Notes: generated by a model from the letters alone, not told the origin. A stretch of 64,000 nucleotides of DNA from an uncultured Planctomycetaceae bacterium (GCA_963976765.1 CAXBME010000001.1:434001-498000); one strand, 5' to 3'. Positions 30,014 through 39,988 are shown, counted from the stretch's first letter. Made by a program: numbers and translations.

Positions 30014-32355
30014 ACTCCAACCGCCTCGCTGACTGATTCGGCGTTTGTTGTGAGTGCTGGCGTCGGTGACGGAGTTTCTGTCGTTTGCCCAAGAGTATCC
30101 TTCAGCTCGAAGTCGCTCAGTCTTCGCGAATTCCAAAGGACAAACGCGCTGCTTCCGAACATCAGACCTGCTGCCACGACAGGATTCAACATGCCGGTCG
30201 CCGCCAGAACCATGCCAGCCGTGTTATAACCAAAGGCCCAGAAAAGATTCTGACGGATCACTCGTCGCGTTCGACGGGCCAGGCCGATCATCCACGGTAC
30301 GCAACTCAGGTCATCTCGCAACAGGCAGACTCCACCCGCGTCGCGCGAAAGGTCTGTTCCACTACCCAGCGAAGCGGCAACGTCTGCACCGGCCATTGCA
30401 GGACCGTCGTTGATTCCGTCGCCAACCATCAGCACTGGGCCGATGCTTCGCTGCACGGTGTTGAGCGTGGTGAGTTTGTCTTCGGGCAGAAGTTCGCCCG
30501 ACGCCGGAATTCCCAGAGCAGCACCCAGACGCTTTGCGTGAACGGCAAGGTCACCAGAAAGAATCCCGAGGTCCAACCCCAGTTCGCTACATGCCTGAAC
30601 TGTCGCAGCCACCTCTTTGCGCACGTCCTCTTTCAGTGTGAACACACCTCGCACTGAATTGTCCCAGCCAATCAGTACAGTCGATCGTCCTTCGTTTCGC
30701 GCTGACTCAATCATTTCATGCAGTACTGAGCCCAGCTCGCACTTGTTTGTTTCGAGGAACCGCTGGCTTCCCAACCAGACGATGGTTTCGTCAGACGCGT
30801 CTGCTGTGTTTGCGAAGGACGCCTCAAGTCCGAATCCGGAGACCGTCCGAACGTCGTGCACGACGAGTCCCTGGCCGTCGCTTTGCGTCAGTGAGTTTTC
30901 AAGCGAGGTTTCTGAGAGGTAACCGGCGATTGCCTTTGAGAATCCGTGAGTTGACTCTCGGCAAACTAACTCGGCGATTGTGGCAACTCGCAGGTGATCG
31001 GTTTCATCTTCGCAAACGAACGACGAAACACGCGGCAGACCGGTTGTCAGTGTGCCTGTCTTGTCGAAGCGAACGGCTTTAACCTCGCTCAGTCTTTCCA
31101 GGATCTCGCCGCTGCGAAACAGAACGCCTCGATCTGCCGCGCGTCGCATGGCCGTCCAGACGGCGACCGAAGTCGCCAGCCCAAGAGCACACGGGCAGGC
31201 GATCAAAGTCACGGCCAATGAGGTCAACACTCCATCTGCGAGGCTTCCCGAAGCCGTATTGCCTGCAAAAGTCGCAACGGCTGCGAGAGCGACAAAGGGA
31301 ACGAACCAGGAAGTCGTTCGGTCCGCTGCTTTCTGGAATTGCCCGCGTTGAGCTCGGGCCCGGCGGACGGCATCGAGAATCTGGGACACCGCACCTTCGT
31401 GAGCTGGTCGAGTTACTCTCACCACGATGCTTGCATCAATCGGTACCGCGCCGGATACAATTTCTTCACCGGGCCGCCGCATCGCGGGATCGCTTTCGCC
31501 GGTCAGAATCTGCTGATCGATTGCGACGCAGAGTGAGGGCTGGCTGACTTCATCGTCAGGTGATATCGAGGTTCCTCGTTCGAGCACTCCATCGGCGGGA
31601 ACGCGTTCCCCGGCCAGGACACGTACCCGGTCGCCGGGTTTCAGGTTCAAGGTCGGCGTTTCGATTTCACCGGACGAGAGCAGCAATCGCGATGTCGGCG
31701 GAATCAGCTGATCCAGTGATTCCAGCACCTCGCCGGTCTGGAGTTTGCCGCTTGCTTCCAGCCAACGGCCCACCGTAACGAGGACCAGGACCATGCTGGC
31801 CACTTCAAAGTAGACGTGCCCGCTTCCCTGAAGCAGTGATACGACGGAGTAGACAAACGCGGCGACGACGCCCAGAACGACAAGCAGATCGGTGGTGACT
31901 CGTCCGCGCGACAGTTCCGCCCCCGCAGCAACGGTGATGGGAATTCCCAGTAGAAAGAGCACCGGCGTTGCCGACACAAAGCACAGCCAGCGGAAGAGTT
32001 CGCTTAACGAGGCGACAAATGGCTGTGAGCGATCAACGTCATAAACGTCCTGGCTCCACAAAGCCATGGTGAACACCATCACGTTCATGCTGCAGAAAAT
32101 GGCGATACCGAGCCGCGTCAACGTCCACTGAACCTGCCCGGACTCTCCTCGATCCTGAGTGACCTGCGAGGCAAATCGGCATCCGAAACAGCAGAACTCG
32201 TCATCGGCTGTCCGCCACTCGGCTGTCTGACTCGCATCGACCGCTTTCTCTGAACGTGAAGTAGCAGCCGCAGTCGGACGCCGAGACCAGAACCAACTGC
32301 TGGCAACTGGCAAGCCGCACCACGAGCAGGTTCCGGGTTCGTGTTCGACCATCAT
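30010..32355 (-). CDS. ccoI: P1B-type Cu-transporting ATPase, CcoI/FixI-like
   Basis: N-terminal CSWC..FCCFGC, TGES, CPCALGL, DKTGTLT, GDGIND, YN and MxxSS motifs; lies within the cco operon. Confidence 0.88.
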   Translation of the reverse strand: MMVEHEPGTCSWCGLPVASSWFWSRRPTAAATSRSEKAVDASQTAEWRTADDEFCCFGCRFASQVTQDRGESGQVQWTLTRLGIAIFCSMNVMVFTMALWSQDVYDVDRSQPFVASLSELFRWLCFVSATPVLFLLGIPITVAAGAELSRGRVTTDLLVVLGVVAAFVYSVVSLLQGSGHVYFEVASMVLVLVTVGRWLEASGKLQTGEVLESLDQLIPPTSRLLLSSGEIETPTLNLKPGDRVRVLAGERVPADGVLERGTSISPDDEVSQPSLCVAIDQQILTGESDPAMRRPGEEIVSGAVPIDASIVVRVTRPAHEGAVSQILDAVRRARAQRGQFQKAADRTTSWFVPFVALAAVATFAGNTASGSLADGVLTSLAVTLIACPCALGLATSVAVWTAMRRAADRGVLFRSGEILERLSEVKAVRFDKTGTLTTGLPRVSSFVCEDETDHLRVATIAELVCRESTHGFSKAIAGYLSETSLENSLTQSDGQGLVVHDVRTVSGFGLEASFANTADASDETIVWLGSQRFLETNKCELGSVLHEMIESARNEGRSTVLIGWDNSVRGVFTLKEDVRKEVAATVQACSELGLDLGILSGDLAVHAKRLGAALGIPASGELLPEDKLTTLNTVQRSIGPVLMVGDGINDGPAMAGADVAASLGSGTDLSRDAGGVCLLRDDLSCVPWMIGLARRTRRVIRQNLFWAFGYNTAGMVLAATGMLNPVVAAGLMFGSSAFVLWNSRRLSDFELKDTLGQTTETPSPTPALTTNAESVSEAVGV

Positions 32356-32528
32356 GGAGGGGACACCATCTCCGTTTGAATGGCGGGCAGAAGGTACGTC
32401 ACGGTGTAGTAAATGACGAACGCCCAGAACAGCAGCCATAACATGCGAACGTACCACGGGATGGCGTTGCTCGTGTAGTTATGAAACTTCTGTTCGGCTT
32501 TGGCTGATGATTGATCGGTCTCATGCAT
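32352..32528 (-). CDS. 58-aa single-TM protein missed by the ORF track (resembles the CcoP N-terminus)
   Basis: Hand-translated MHETDQSSAKAEQKFHNYTSNAIPWYVRMLWLLFWAFVIYYTVTYLLPAIQTEMVSPP*; fills the operon gap, with an ATGA overlap to the ATPase. Confidence 0.8.
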   Translation of the reverse strand: MHETDQSSAKAEQKFHNYTSNAIPWYVRMLWLLFWAFVIYYTVTYLLPAIQTEMVSPP

Positions 32529-32536
32529 GAACTGTC

Positions 32537-32854
32537 TCAGTTGTCCGAGGGAGTTGCTTGGGTGCTGGCTTCGTCGAGCTTTGCTTCCTGCTCAAGCATG
32601 TGGTATTTCGGTTCTTCGATGTCGCGAAACATGCCGTTGAGCGTCGCCCACAACAGCAGGCAGAAGAATCCAAGACTTGCCAGCAGGTAATTGGCAACGG
32701 GCGAAATGGCGAATATTCCATCCACGTCGCCACGGACCAGCGCGATGAATTCTGTCAGCTTCATGCCAAACCCCCACAGGCTCGGCACAAGAATCAGAAC
32801 AGCCAGAATCGCCGTGACGATGATGGTGGCTTTGCTTTCGCGATGTGATGACAT
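32537..32854 (-). CDS. Two-TM small protein with a CcoS/FixS-like C-terminus
   Basis: LLWATLNGMFRDIEEPKYHML resembles the CcoS W...G.F.D.E.P motif; located in the cco operon. Confidence 0.75.
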   Translation of the reverse strand: MSSHRESKATIIVTAILAVLILVPSLWGFGMKLTEFIALVRGDVDGIFAISPVANYLLASLGFFCLLLWATLNGMFRDIEEPKYHMLEQEAKLDEASTQATPSDN

Positions 32855-32856
32855 AT

Positions 32857-33558
32857 TTACTCGTCCTCAGATTCTGAGTTTTCCTCAGGTTGCTCAAACG
32901 GGGCCGGCTGATAGTTTTCGTAGTCCGGATAGCTTTCCAGCCACGAACCGAGCCACTGCACGTAGGTAATCAGAGCAAGGCCTCTTCGGTTCGGCTTGTC
33001 AGGTGTACCATCGAAGAGCCACGGGTACTCCGGCATCGGCGACTTCGTGGATGTCATCTCGGGTTTGAAGAGATGAACCGCGTGCCAGTCGTTAGAACGC
33101 CGACCGCCTTCACGACTCAGATCCGGCCCGATACGACGCGTGCCGAAAAGCACTGGTCGCTGGAGTTCGTTCTGATATTCCCATGACGCAGACACTGGCC
33201 CCCAGCGTTTATCTTCATTTGAAACGGGGCGCACGAACTGGCTGTGACAATGCCAGCAGCCTTCTCCGACGTAAATGTCGCGGCCTTCACGAAGCGAATC
33301 AGCGACGTTCTGGTTCCACCAGTCGGCTCCGGTTTCGGGATCGACCGGTGGCTCGCCGTACGCCTTCACGAAGGATTCGGGATAGCGTCGAGAAAGATCC
33401 TCGAACTGGAACCGCACATTTCCGTTAACAAGTTCTTCAGCCGTCTGCTCGGGAATGTTCCGGTACATCAGGTACGGGACGGCCGCGTTCGATAGAAAGG
33501 CGAATCCGAAGAATGCCAGCCCGGCGACTAACAGGATGCCGGATTTACTTTCAAACAT
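32857..33558 (-). CDS. ccoO: cbb3-type cytochrome c oxidase subunit II
   Basis: GRDIYVGEGCWHCHSQFVRP, GTRRIGPDLSREGG.RSNDWH, SPMPEYPWL. Confidence 0.93.
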   Translation of the reverse strand: MFESKSGILLVAGLAFFGFAFLSNAAVPYLMYRNIPEQTAEELVNGNVRFQFEDLSRRYPESFVKAYGEPPVDPETGADWWNQNVADSLREGRDIYVGEGCWHCHSQFVRPVSNEDKRWGPVSASWEYQNELQRPVLFGTRRIGPDLSREGGRRSNDWHAVHLFKPEMTSTKSPMPEYPWLFDGTPDKPNRRGLALITYVQWLGSWLESYPDYENYQPAPFEQPEENSESEDE

Positions 33559-33644
33559 TTTGACTCGATCCTTGCTTCAGGCTGGATGTGACTTTGACCA
33601 GCCGATTCAGAAACTCGGGGCTATAGAATTACTTTCTGACCGAA

Positions 33645-35060
33645 TCAGGCTGGGGCCGCGGCGACATTCATCGCTGGTTCCGGCTCGCTTCGCCAGGTCA
33701 TGTAAAAGTTGTAGAGAAACACCATCAAGCCGCCGAACATGGACAGTCCAGCCCAGATGCGGATCATCCAGAACGGGAAGGAAACATCGACCGAGCGATC
33801 CCAGGGCTGGAGACTCGACCAGCTCCAGCCCTGAAACAGACCGCCGAGGATCAGGTCCGCAGCCATAACGGCCAGACCGGCGGCCGACAGCCAGTAGTGA
33901 TATTCACACAGCTTGTTGCTGTACCAGTCTCGTTTCAGGATCAGCGGGATCAGATAAGTCATCATGCCGAAGATCCACATGCTGAAGACGCCGAACATCA
34001 CCAGATGGGCGTGTCCGACAACCCAGTCGGTGAAATGAATCAGTGCCTGGAACGTCAGCGTGGTCTGCATTGCACACTGCAGACACGTCAGGAAGTAAAA
34101 GACCATGCCCGTGTAGAAGTAGCGGATCGGGAGATTCGTCAGAACCTCGCGGCCACGTCCCCAGATCGTCCCGAAGAAGTTGATCACCACCGTCGTGACG
34201 ACCAGTTCGACGGCGATCGTCGAGATGATCGCTCCGTACTGCAGGAACATCGGAATCGGTGTGTAGAGAAAGTGGTGGATTCCATTGAGCGGGTAAAAGA
34301 ACGCCAGCCCCCAGAAGCCAACCAGCGACAGCCCGTGACTCCAGATTGGCTTCTTCAGCAGAATCGGGACGAAGTAATACATCAGCCCCCAGCCGAGGGG
34401 CGTCACAAACAGCCCAACCAGGTCGTGAATGAACAACCCGCCGACGGCACCAGCAGCGGTTCCCGAGACAAAGTATTCGGGGACAAAATTGCCCATCGCA
34501 TAGGTGAGGAACGTCCAGACGAAAGCCGCCAGAAAATACCACAGCGTGACGTACATCGGGCCTTTGACCTGAACGATCGGCGTCATGAAATTGATCGCGA
34601 CCAGCAGCAACCCGAGCTGCGCCAACGGGTCAATCCACGTCGGCGTCTCACCCCATTCCAGTCCCTGAGCCTGGCCCAGCAGAATTCCGACAGCTGTCGC
34701 GAGCACAACAATCTGCCACGCCGTGAAGATCAGCCACGACAGACGCCGATCAAGTACCGGCCTTAACGTCAGGCGAGGAATCACCCAGTGCAGCAACCCC
34801 AGAAATCCGTTGGCCAGAAATCCATAGGCGATGGCATTTGTATGAAGCATTCGCCAGCGGCCGGGCGAGAAAATCTCAACCCCACTCAGCGGGTTATGAC
34901 GCAGTAGTTGAGCTGCCATCAGGAACCCACCGAGCATCGAAATCGAGATGAACGTCAGCGCCGCGATGAAATACGCCAGCACAATCTTCTCGTCGACCAG
35001 CGAGGCATGCGTTGTCGGTGTGGATAGAGAATTGTCAGGTTGCAGAGCTTCGTCAGTCAT
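33645..35060 (-). CDS. ccoN: cbb3-type (C-family) haem-copper oxidase subunit I, divergent
   Basis: GRWRMLHTNA, HDLVGL, FFYPLNGIHHFLY, HFTDWVVGHAH; about 12 TM helices. Confidence 0.92.
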   Translation of the reverse strand: MTDEALQPDNSLSTPTTHASLVDEKIVLAYFIAALTFISISMLGGFLMAAQLLRHNPLSGVEIFSPGRWRMLHTNAIAYGFLANGFLGLLHWVIPRLTLRPVLDRRLSWLIFTAWQIVVLATAVGILLGQAQGLEWGETPTWIDPLAQLGLLLVAINFMTPIVQVKGPMYVTLWYFLAAFVWTFLTYAMGNFVPEYFVSGTAAGAVGGLFIHDLVGLFVTPLGWGLMYYFVPILLKKPIWSHGLSLVGFWGLAFFYPLNGIHHFLYTPIPMFLQYGAIISTIAVELVVTTVVINFFGTIWGRGREVLTNLPIRYFYTGMVFYFLTCLQCAMQTTLTFQALIHFTDWVVGHAHLVMFGVFSMWIFGMMTYLIPLILKRDWYSNKLCEYHYWLSAAGLAVMAADLILGGLFQGWSWSSLQPWDRSVDVSFPFWMIRIWAGLSMFGGLMVFLYNFYMTWRSEPEPAMNVAAAPA

Positions 35061-35177
35061 GATGAAAGTTGTCTGAGTTGGGGACGATTAAAATTTCAGG
35101 AACGTTGCAGAGTTGTTTCGAAAGCAGTCTGCCAAACAGTCCATGGTGAAACTGTTTGTGCCAGGGTTCCGAAATAG

Positions 35178-35852
35178 TCATTCTTCGGAAGCAGGTTTCG
35201 ATGGCGTTCGGTAGGGAACGAACTGACCGAATGGAAAAACAAAGACCATCGTCACTCCGAAGACAACATGCGTGGCCGCAGCAACCCACCAGGGAAGGTA
35301 TTCGCCGCTGGTAATCCAGTTGCCACCGCAGACGATCGGTTGCAACCAGACCAGCACTCCGTAGAACAGAAACAACCATGCAAAGATTCCCAGAGTCGCA
35401 GCAAACAGCACTCGCTGCATGGTCGTGGCTCTGGGCGTAAATCGAGCCAGCAGCACGTGAAACGGAACACCAAGAAACATTCCCGTGCCGAGATAAAGAC
35501 AGACCCCACACGCCAGGATGACTCCGTTATCAAGGGCATAAACCTGAGTCGCTGAATTGGTCAGTGCGAGAGCCCGCTCACCAAGGGGGAACGTCAGGTA
35601 AACCCGAATCAGTTCCAGAGGCTCCTTGCCGGCAATCGGAGCGCCGATCACGTTAAAGACGAGACTGACGGACGCCGCGATGAGCCCCAGCAGGAACCCG
35701 TTCGTTGCGTAGTACATGGTGTAAAAGCCAGTCAGCCGCCACGGAATCGCTGCGGATTCTTCGAGAATCTCCGCTTCGAGTTCATTAGCCTTCTGACGCA
35801 TCGCCAGCAGTTCAAGCTGCTTTGATTCAAGTTCGGGATCAGTCAACGACAT
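35178..35852 (-). CDS. Hypothetical multi-TM protein in the cco operon
   Basis: 224 aa, about 4 TM helices, GAGG RBS. Confidence 0.85.
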   Translation of the reverse strand: MSLTDPELESKQLELLAMRQKANELEAEILEESAAIPWRLTGFYTMYYATNGFLLGLIAASVSLVFNVIGAPIAGKEPLELIRVYLTFPLGERALALTNSATQVYALDNGVILACGVCLYLGTGMFLGVPFHVLLARFTPRATTMQRVLFAATLGIFAWLFLFYGVLVWLQPIVCGGNWITSGEYLPWWVAAATHVVFGVTMVFVFPFGQFVPYRTPSKPASEE

Positions 35853-35918
35853 ACCGTTGCCTCAGAATGGTGTCCGTCTTTAATTGCCCAGTAACCGACG
35901 ATTTGACGAATGAAGTGT

Positions 35919-36983
35919 CTATTCGGCAGACGCAGTTGCCGCTTCCGGCTTGTCGCTTTCAGGTGTTGTCATGCTGAACATTCCCGGTGTTGGAATCTCT
36001 CCATCACGCCGCTGACCCGAAACGTGCAACACATACGCCACCAGGTTCCAGATCGTTTCCGGTTCTTTTTCGAGCGAACTCTTGAATCCTGGCATTGGCG
36101 TGCCATTGATGCCGGACACGATTCGCCGATAGATATCGAGTGGCTCGCTACCACCGTGCAGCAACCCGGATGTCAGATCCGCAGCCTTTGTCGTGAACCC
36201 CCACCCATCCTTGCCGATATTGTCTTTAGTCATGCCTCGGCCATCGTCGCCATGACATTTCGAACAACCCTTGGAGAGAAATGCCTCGCGCCCCGCAGCT
36301 ACATGATCTGCCGTGAGAAAAGGAGGCCGATTCGTCAGCGGATGAACTTCCGCCTTCTCGGCGGCGTCCCATCGTGACAGTACTTCTTCCACAATGCCGG
36401 GCACGTTTTCCGGATCGATCTCTTCTTCAAACTCCGCTTCGAGTGCGAGCCGCGTTTCCAGTTCGCCTCGATGACTCAGTAGCAGCACGTAGTCGACAAG
36501 AGCTTCCAGCTCACGGTCCGGGTGCAGATTGAACGACGGCATCGAAGTGCCGGGGATTCCGCGGCGAAGTGTTCGCATCAAATCTTCCCGCCGAGGCCGG
36601 TTGCCGTATGGCGTCGACGTGAACTTGAAGATGCCCTTGCGATAGTCTCGAGGCCGCGGGTAAAGAAACTTCGCTGCGACTCCTTTGCCGTCACCGGAGA
36701 TTCCGTGGCACTGCTGGCAGTATCGGTTGTAAAGATCTCGACCAAACTTCACGTTGTGTTTTGGCGTTTCCGGATCTGCGAGTGGTTTGGGGACGGTCGG
36801 GGTACCGGACCGTTCGAGCACGATCACGGTGACCGCCTGTCGCAGCTCTTCATCGAGAGCGGCGACAGCCTCGCCAGTTACAAACTGTGTCTCAACTGCC
36901 GGTCGGCAACCACTGGCCAGTACCAGGCAAAGCCCGAAAAAAACAGGCAGACGGGCTCGAAAGACAGATTTCAAACGCGGCAC
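35919..36983 (-). CDS. Dihaem c-type cytochrome lipoprotein
   Basis: Lipobox LASGC; CQQCH...GTSMPSF and CSKCH...GTPMPGF; PRPRDY. Confidence 0.92.
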   Translation of the reverse strand: MPRLKSVFRARLPVFFGLCLVLASGCRPAVETQFVTGEAVAALDEELRQAVTVIVLERSGTPTVPKPLADPETPKHNVKFGRDLYNRYCQQCHGISGDGKGVAAKFLYPRPRDYRKGIFKFTSTPYGNRPRREDLMRTLRRGIPGTSMPSFNLHPDRELEALVDYVLLLSHRGELETRLALEAEFEEEIDPENVPGIVEEVLSRWDAAEKAEVHPLTNRPPFLTADHVAAGREAFLSKGCSKCHGDDGRGMTKDNIGKDGWGFTTKAADLTSGLLHGGSEPLDIYRRIVSGINGTPMPGFKSSLEKEPETIWNLVAYVLHVSGQRRDGEIPTPGMFSMTTPESDKPEAATASAE

Positions 36984-37060
36984 TCTTTGAGTCTCCGAAA
37001 AAGTAATTCAACACCGAATGGACGGTCGTTATCCGTGCCAGTTCGACGCTCGCATCTGAC

Positions 37061-37075
37061 GCAAGCAGTGTGCCG
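37061..37075 (-). promoter_or_regulatory. Sigma-54 -24/-12 promoter candidate for the cytochrome/cco operon
   Basis: Minus strand CGGCACACTGCTTGC (GG-N10-GC), 77 nt upstream of the start. Confidence 0.65.
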
Positions 37076-37450
37076 AACTCTCAGGCAGGTCCGTTCCCGG
37101 TGCCGCCACGCAATTCTCGGCTGGCATTTGCCACAGAAACGTCATTGCTACCAAATCTGGAAATCCAGATTCCTGATAGGCAACGCCCGACTGGCTGTGC
37201 GGCCGGTGCGCACCTGGCGAAGCGTAGTCGCGCTCCATCGCACACTTTTGATTCGTAAGACTCTTAAGCGACGTGGTAAGTCGCCCGGAGCCTGACGTTC
37301 CACTTGCGGATGTGCTTATGGTCAACAGCTTTCGATTCAGAACGGAAATTCGCCCTTCGAGTGCGATTCGCCGGCGTTCAATCTCATCGTCAGTATTGAC
37401 GCCTGCTGCTCCAGAACCGCGCCTTCGAAATGCCGTGCCGCTTCGGGAAT

Positions 37451-37492
37451 GTCCTTCAGGAAACGTCCTTCAGGAAACGTCCTTCAGGAAAC
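37451..37492. repeat. Perfect 14-bp tandem repeat x3 (gtccttcaggaaac)
   Basis: Read directly; preceded by a degenerate unit. Confidence 0.9.
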
Positions 37493-37752
37493 GAGCGGAG
37501 ATCGCCAGGCGACCACGAATGTCGCAGCGTTTCGACTCGACGTAAGGATTTTCGCACTCCCGCAATGCGTAGCCGTAGGTTGCGTTCTCTGAGAATGCCC
37601 AAATAACTGCTGATCATGACTCACGGGAAGATGTACAGACCGAGCGTCGATGTGGTTGAAACATGGAGAAAAACACCCATGCCCAGGATTAGAATTCTCG
37701 CCCAGGGACACCGGCAGACGAATTCGAGAATCTGAATCTCGACGATGGTTTG

Positions 37753-38361
37753 TCAACGAGTTGCGACGTCTACGTCAGTACGGCTCATGGCGACGACGGG
37801 GAATTGCGGCATCGTCAATCGTTCCAGCCTTGGGTTATCCAGCAACGCAGCGCGAGCCTGTCTGGCCAGCCAGGCTCCACGGTATTCGACAGATGTCCCG
37901 TCAGGCGGAAAGATGTCGCGAATGTGGATGTAGGATTGCTTGTCGGTTGGTGTCGGTGTCAGCTTCCCGACAAGGTGATCAGGCAGGTTGTATTTCTTCG
38001 CCCACGACTCCTCGACCACCAGAATTCTTAGGATCGGCTCGTGCGATGTTCTGGCCAGTGAGTTTTGAGCCTGCCGCAGCATGTGCTCAGCAAACGGGTT
38101 GTAGTGTTGCCGGCTGAGGTTCTCCGAGTACGCGGAGAATGAACCCCAGGGGCTAGGAGCGAGCTCGTAGAGCTCGCCGCTTTCGTCTTCACCCAGGATG
38201 TGTGCGCTGGTCCCAGGCGGAGCACCCGCAGAACATGTCTCAGATCACGAAGTATTTCAACGGGTGGGAATACTCACGAAAAAGCACCGCGTGAACGGCG
38301 GCCTCATCGTCAGGATGCCGAGATAAATCGCGATAGCTGAGTAAGTGCTTCATCGTTTCAT
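37753..38361 (-). pseudogene. Possible frameshift-disrupted gene of unknown family
   Basis: GGAGG RBS then ATGAAACGATGA; a 37-codon frame (MKHLLSY...YFVI*) abuts an open frame of about 160 codons ending at 37753. Confidence 0.3.
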
Positions 38362-38792
38362 GGCGTCCTCCCTGGCGTGCGGGCACAAAAAAAACTTCGT
38401 CGTAGTTCTGGCTGCATCGAAGAGCAATCATCGCCTGATCTGAGTCATCGTCTCGTAAGACTCGATCGCTCAGACGCGCGGACCGTATCTCTGCCTCAGC
38501 GTAAAGGTAAACGCGAAATCGAGACAGAATCCAGGGTGCATGGTTTGGATTGTGCGGACGGGAAATCCTGCACTCAAACAGCGTGCTCGACTGTCGCACT
38601 GTCTGTGCACTTACGCACTGTTGAAGGTTCAGTCAAAGCTGCCGTGCTGAGAGAATCGCACCTCCGAATATCTGGAAACCTCGCCACGTTGCGTCAGTAG
38701 TGAGTTCCGCACCGTAGTTGAGAGCCGCTGCGAAGCAATTCGCCGAACAGCCAGACGCGACCAGCAACCTGCTGAATACAGTGAGCACACAC

Positions 38793-38807
38793 TGGCACGC
38801 TATTCGC
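38793..38807 (+). promoter_or_regulatory. Sigma-54 promoter candidate
   Basis: TGGCACGCTATTCGC (GG-N10-GC), about 100 nt upstream of 38906. Confidence 0.6.
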
Positions 38808-38905
38808 GATCTCCCGGCGGCGTACCATGCCTGCCGTCTCACGCAGGTCTTCTGTCCGGTACGTTCATTCAACCAGCAGATTTACTTGAGGGAGCAGAAG
38901 TCGCC

Positions 38906-39898
38906 ATGAGGCCCGTTAGTTACTCACCGCAGAAATTGATTGCCGTGGCTGCCGCCGCCAGTTTGTCATTCTTCATCGCCGGTTGCGGAGGCGGTGATGG
39001 TGGCGCGTCGCCGTCATCGGGAGCCTCCGCGCAGACTTCGACAGCTCCTGCCGAAACGGCCCCAGCTGAACCTTCAGGTAAATCTGCCGAAACTGCGTCA
39101 ACCTCGGTCGTCACGAAGGATGATTCCACTACCACGGAAAGCGGCACCGCGCCAGCTGCGGATTCAGGAGCGACCGGGACGCTGGTCGGTTCGGTCGTCT
39201 TCAGTGGCGACTACAAGCCGCTGCCATTGATTCACAAAGCCGGTGCCGAAGGTGTCAAAGATGGCTCGGTCTGCGCCAAACATGACGTCCCCAACGAGTC
39301 GTTGCTCGTCAATCTGGAAGAAGGGAAGGGCGTTGCCAACGCGTTTATCTACCTTTCGAAAGCTCCAAAAGGTTACACAAAAAGTGACTTGCCGTTGGAG
39401 CCTTTGGTGATGGACCAGAAGGGCTGTGTCTTTCTTCCGCGAGCCATGGTTGTTCAAACAGGACAGACCGTCTTGATTAAGAGTGACGATGAGGTGCCAC
39501 ACAACGTCCACACGTTTCCGACCTTTCAGGAATCTTTCAATCAGATTTGCCAGCCGAAAGAGCGAGACGGCTTGAAGCTGGTTTACGAAAAGGTTGAGCG
39601 GCAACCTGTCGAAGTGAAGTGTGACATTCATCCGTGGATGAAGGCGTGGCATCTGCCTGTCGATCACCCATTCGCCGCCGCTTCTGATGCCGGCGGTAAA
39701 TTCCGCATCGAAGGGCTGCCAGTCGGTGTTCACAAATTCCGAGTCTGGCACGAAAAAGCTGGCCAGGTTGAAAAGTCTCTTGAGGTGACAATCTCAGCAG
39801 GCTCGGAAACGGAAATCACCGTCACGATCAATCAGGATCAACTGGCACAAAATGCTGACCCGGTTCGCACGATCCTGCTGTCGTCTCTGAAGAAGTAA
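38906..39898 (+). CDS. Lipoprotein with cupredoxin-like Cu motif and carboxypeptidase-regulatory-like domain
   Basis: Lipobox IAGC; DQKGCVFLP, PHNVH, KCDIHPWM, WHE. Confidence 0.85.
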   Translation: MRPVSYSPQKLIAVAAAASLSFFIAGCGGGDGGASPSSGASAQTSTAPAETAPAEPSGKSAETASTSVVTKDDSTTTESGTAPAADSGATGTLVGSVVFSGDYKPLPLIHKAGAEGVKDGSVCAKHDVPNESLLVNLEEGKGVANAFIYLSKAPKGYTKSDLPLEPLVMDQKGCVFLPRAMVVQTGQTVLIKSDDEVPHNVHTFPTFQESFNQICQPKERDGLKLVYEKVERQPVEVKCDIHPWMKAWHLPVDHPFAAASDAGGKFRIEGLPVGVHKFRVWHEKAGQVEKSLEVTISAGSETEITVTINQDQLAQNADPVRTILLSSLKK

Positions 39899-39942
39899 CG
39901 TTGTTTGTTGAGTCGTCAGATTGAAATCTGACTGCGCGAAAC

Positions 39943-39988
39943 GCGTCCCGGGGAATTGGTGAATTCACCGGGACGCTTCTTCCTGTTT
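39943..39988 (+). terminator. Terminator-like hairpin after the lipoprotein gene
   Basis: gcgtcccgg...ccgggacgc stem (39943-39976) followed by ttcttcctgttt. Confidence 0.55.

Noticed and set aside
33645..35060. Nitric oxide reductase interpretation of the haem-copper subunit
   Set aside because: Helix-VII Tyr and three CuB His are retained, NorB-type HLWVEG is absent, and ccoO plus a Cu-ATPase are adjacent
37024..37040. Second TGGCAC sigma-54-like motif (also 35146-35163)
   Set aside because: The -12 element is GA or TT rather than GC at the required spacing
37451..37492. CRISPR interpretation of the 14-bp repeat
   Set aside because: Units are directly adjacent with no spacers, too short, and there are no cas genes
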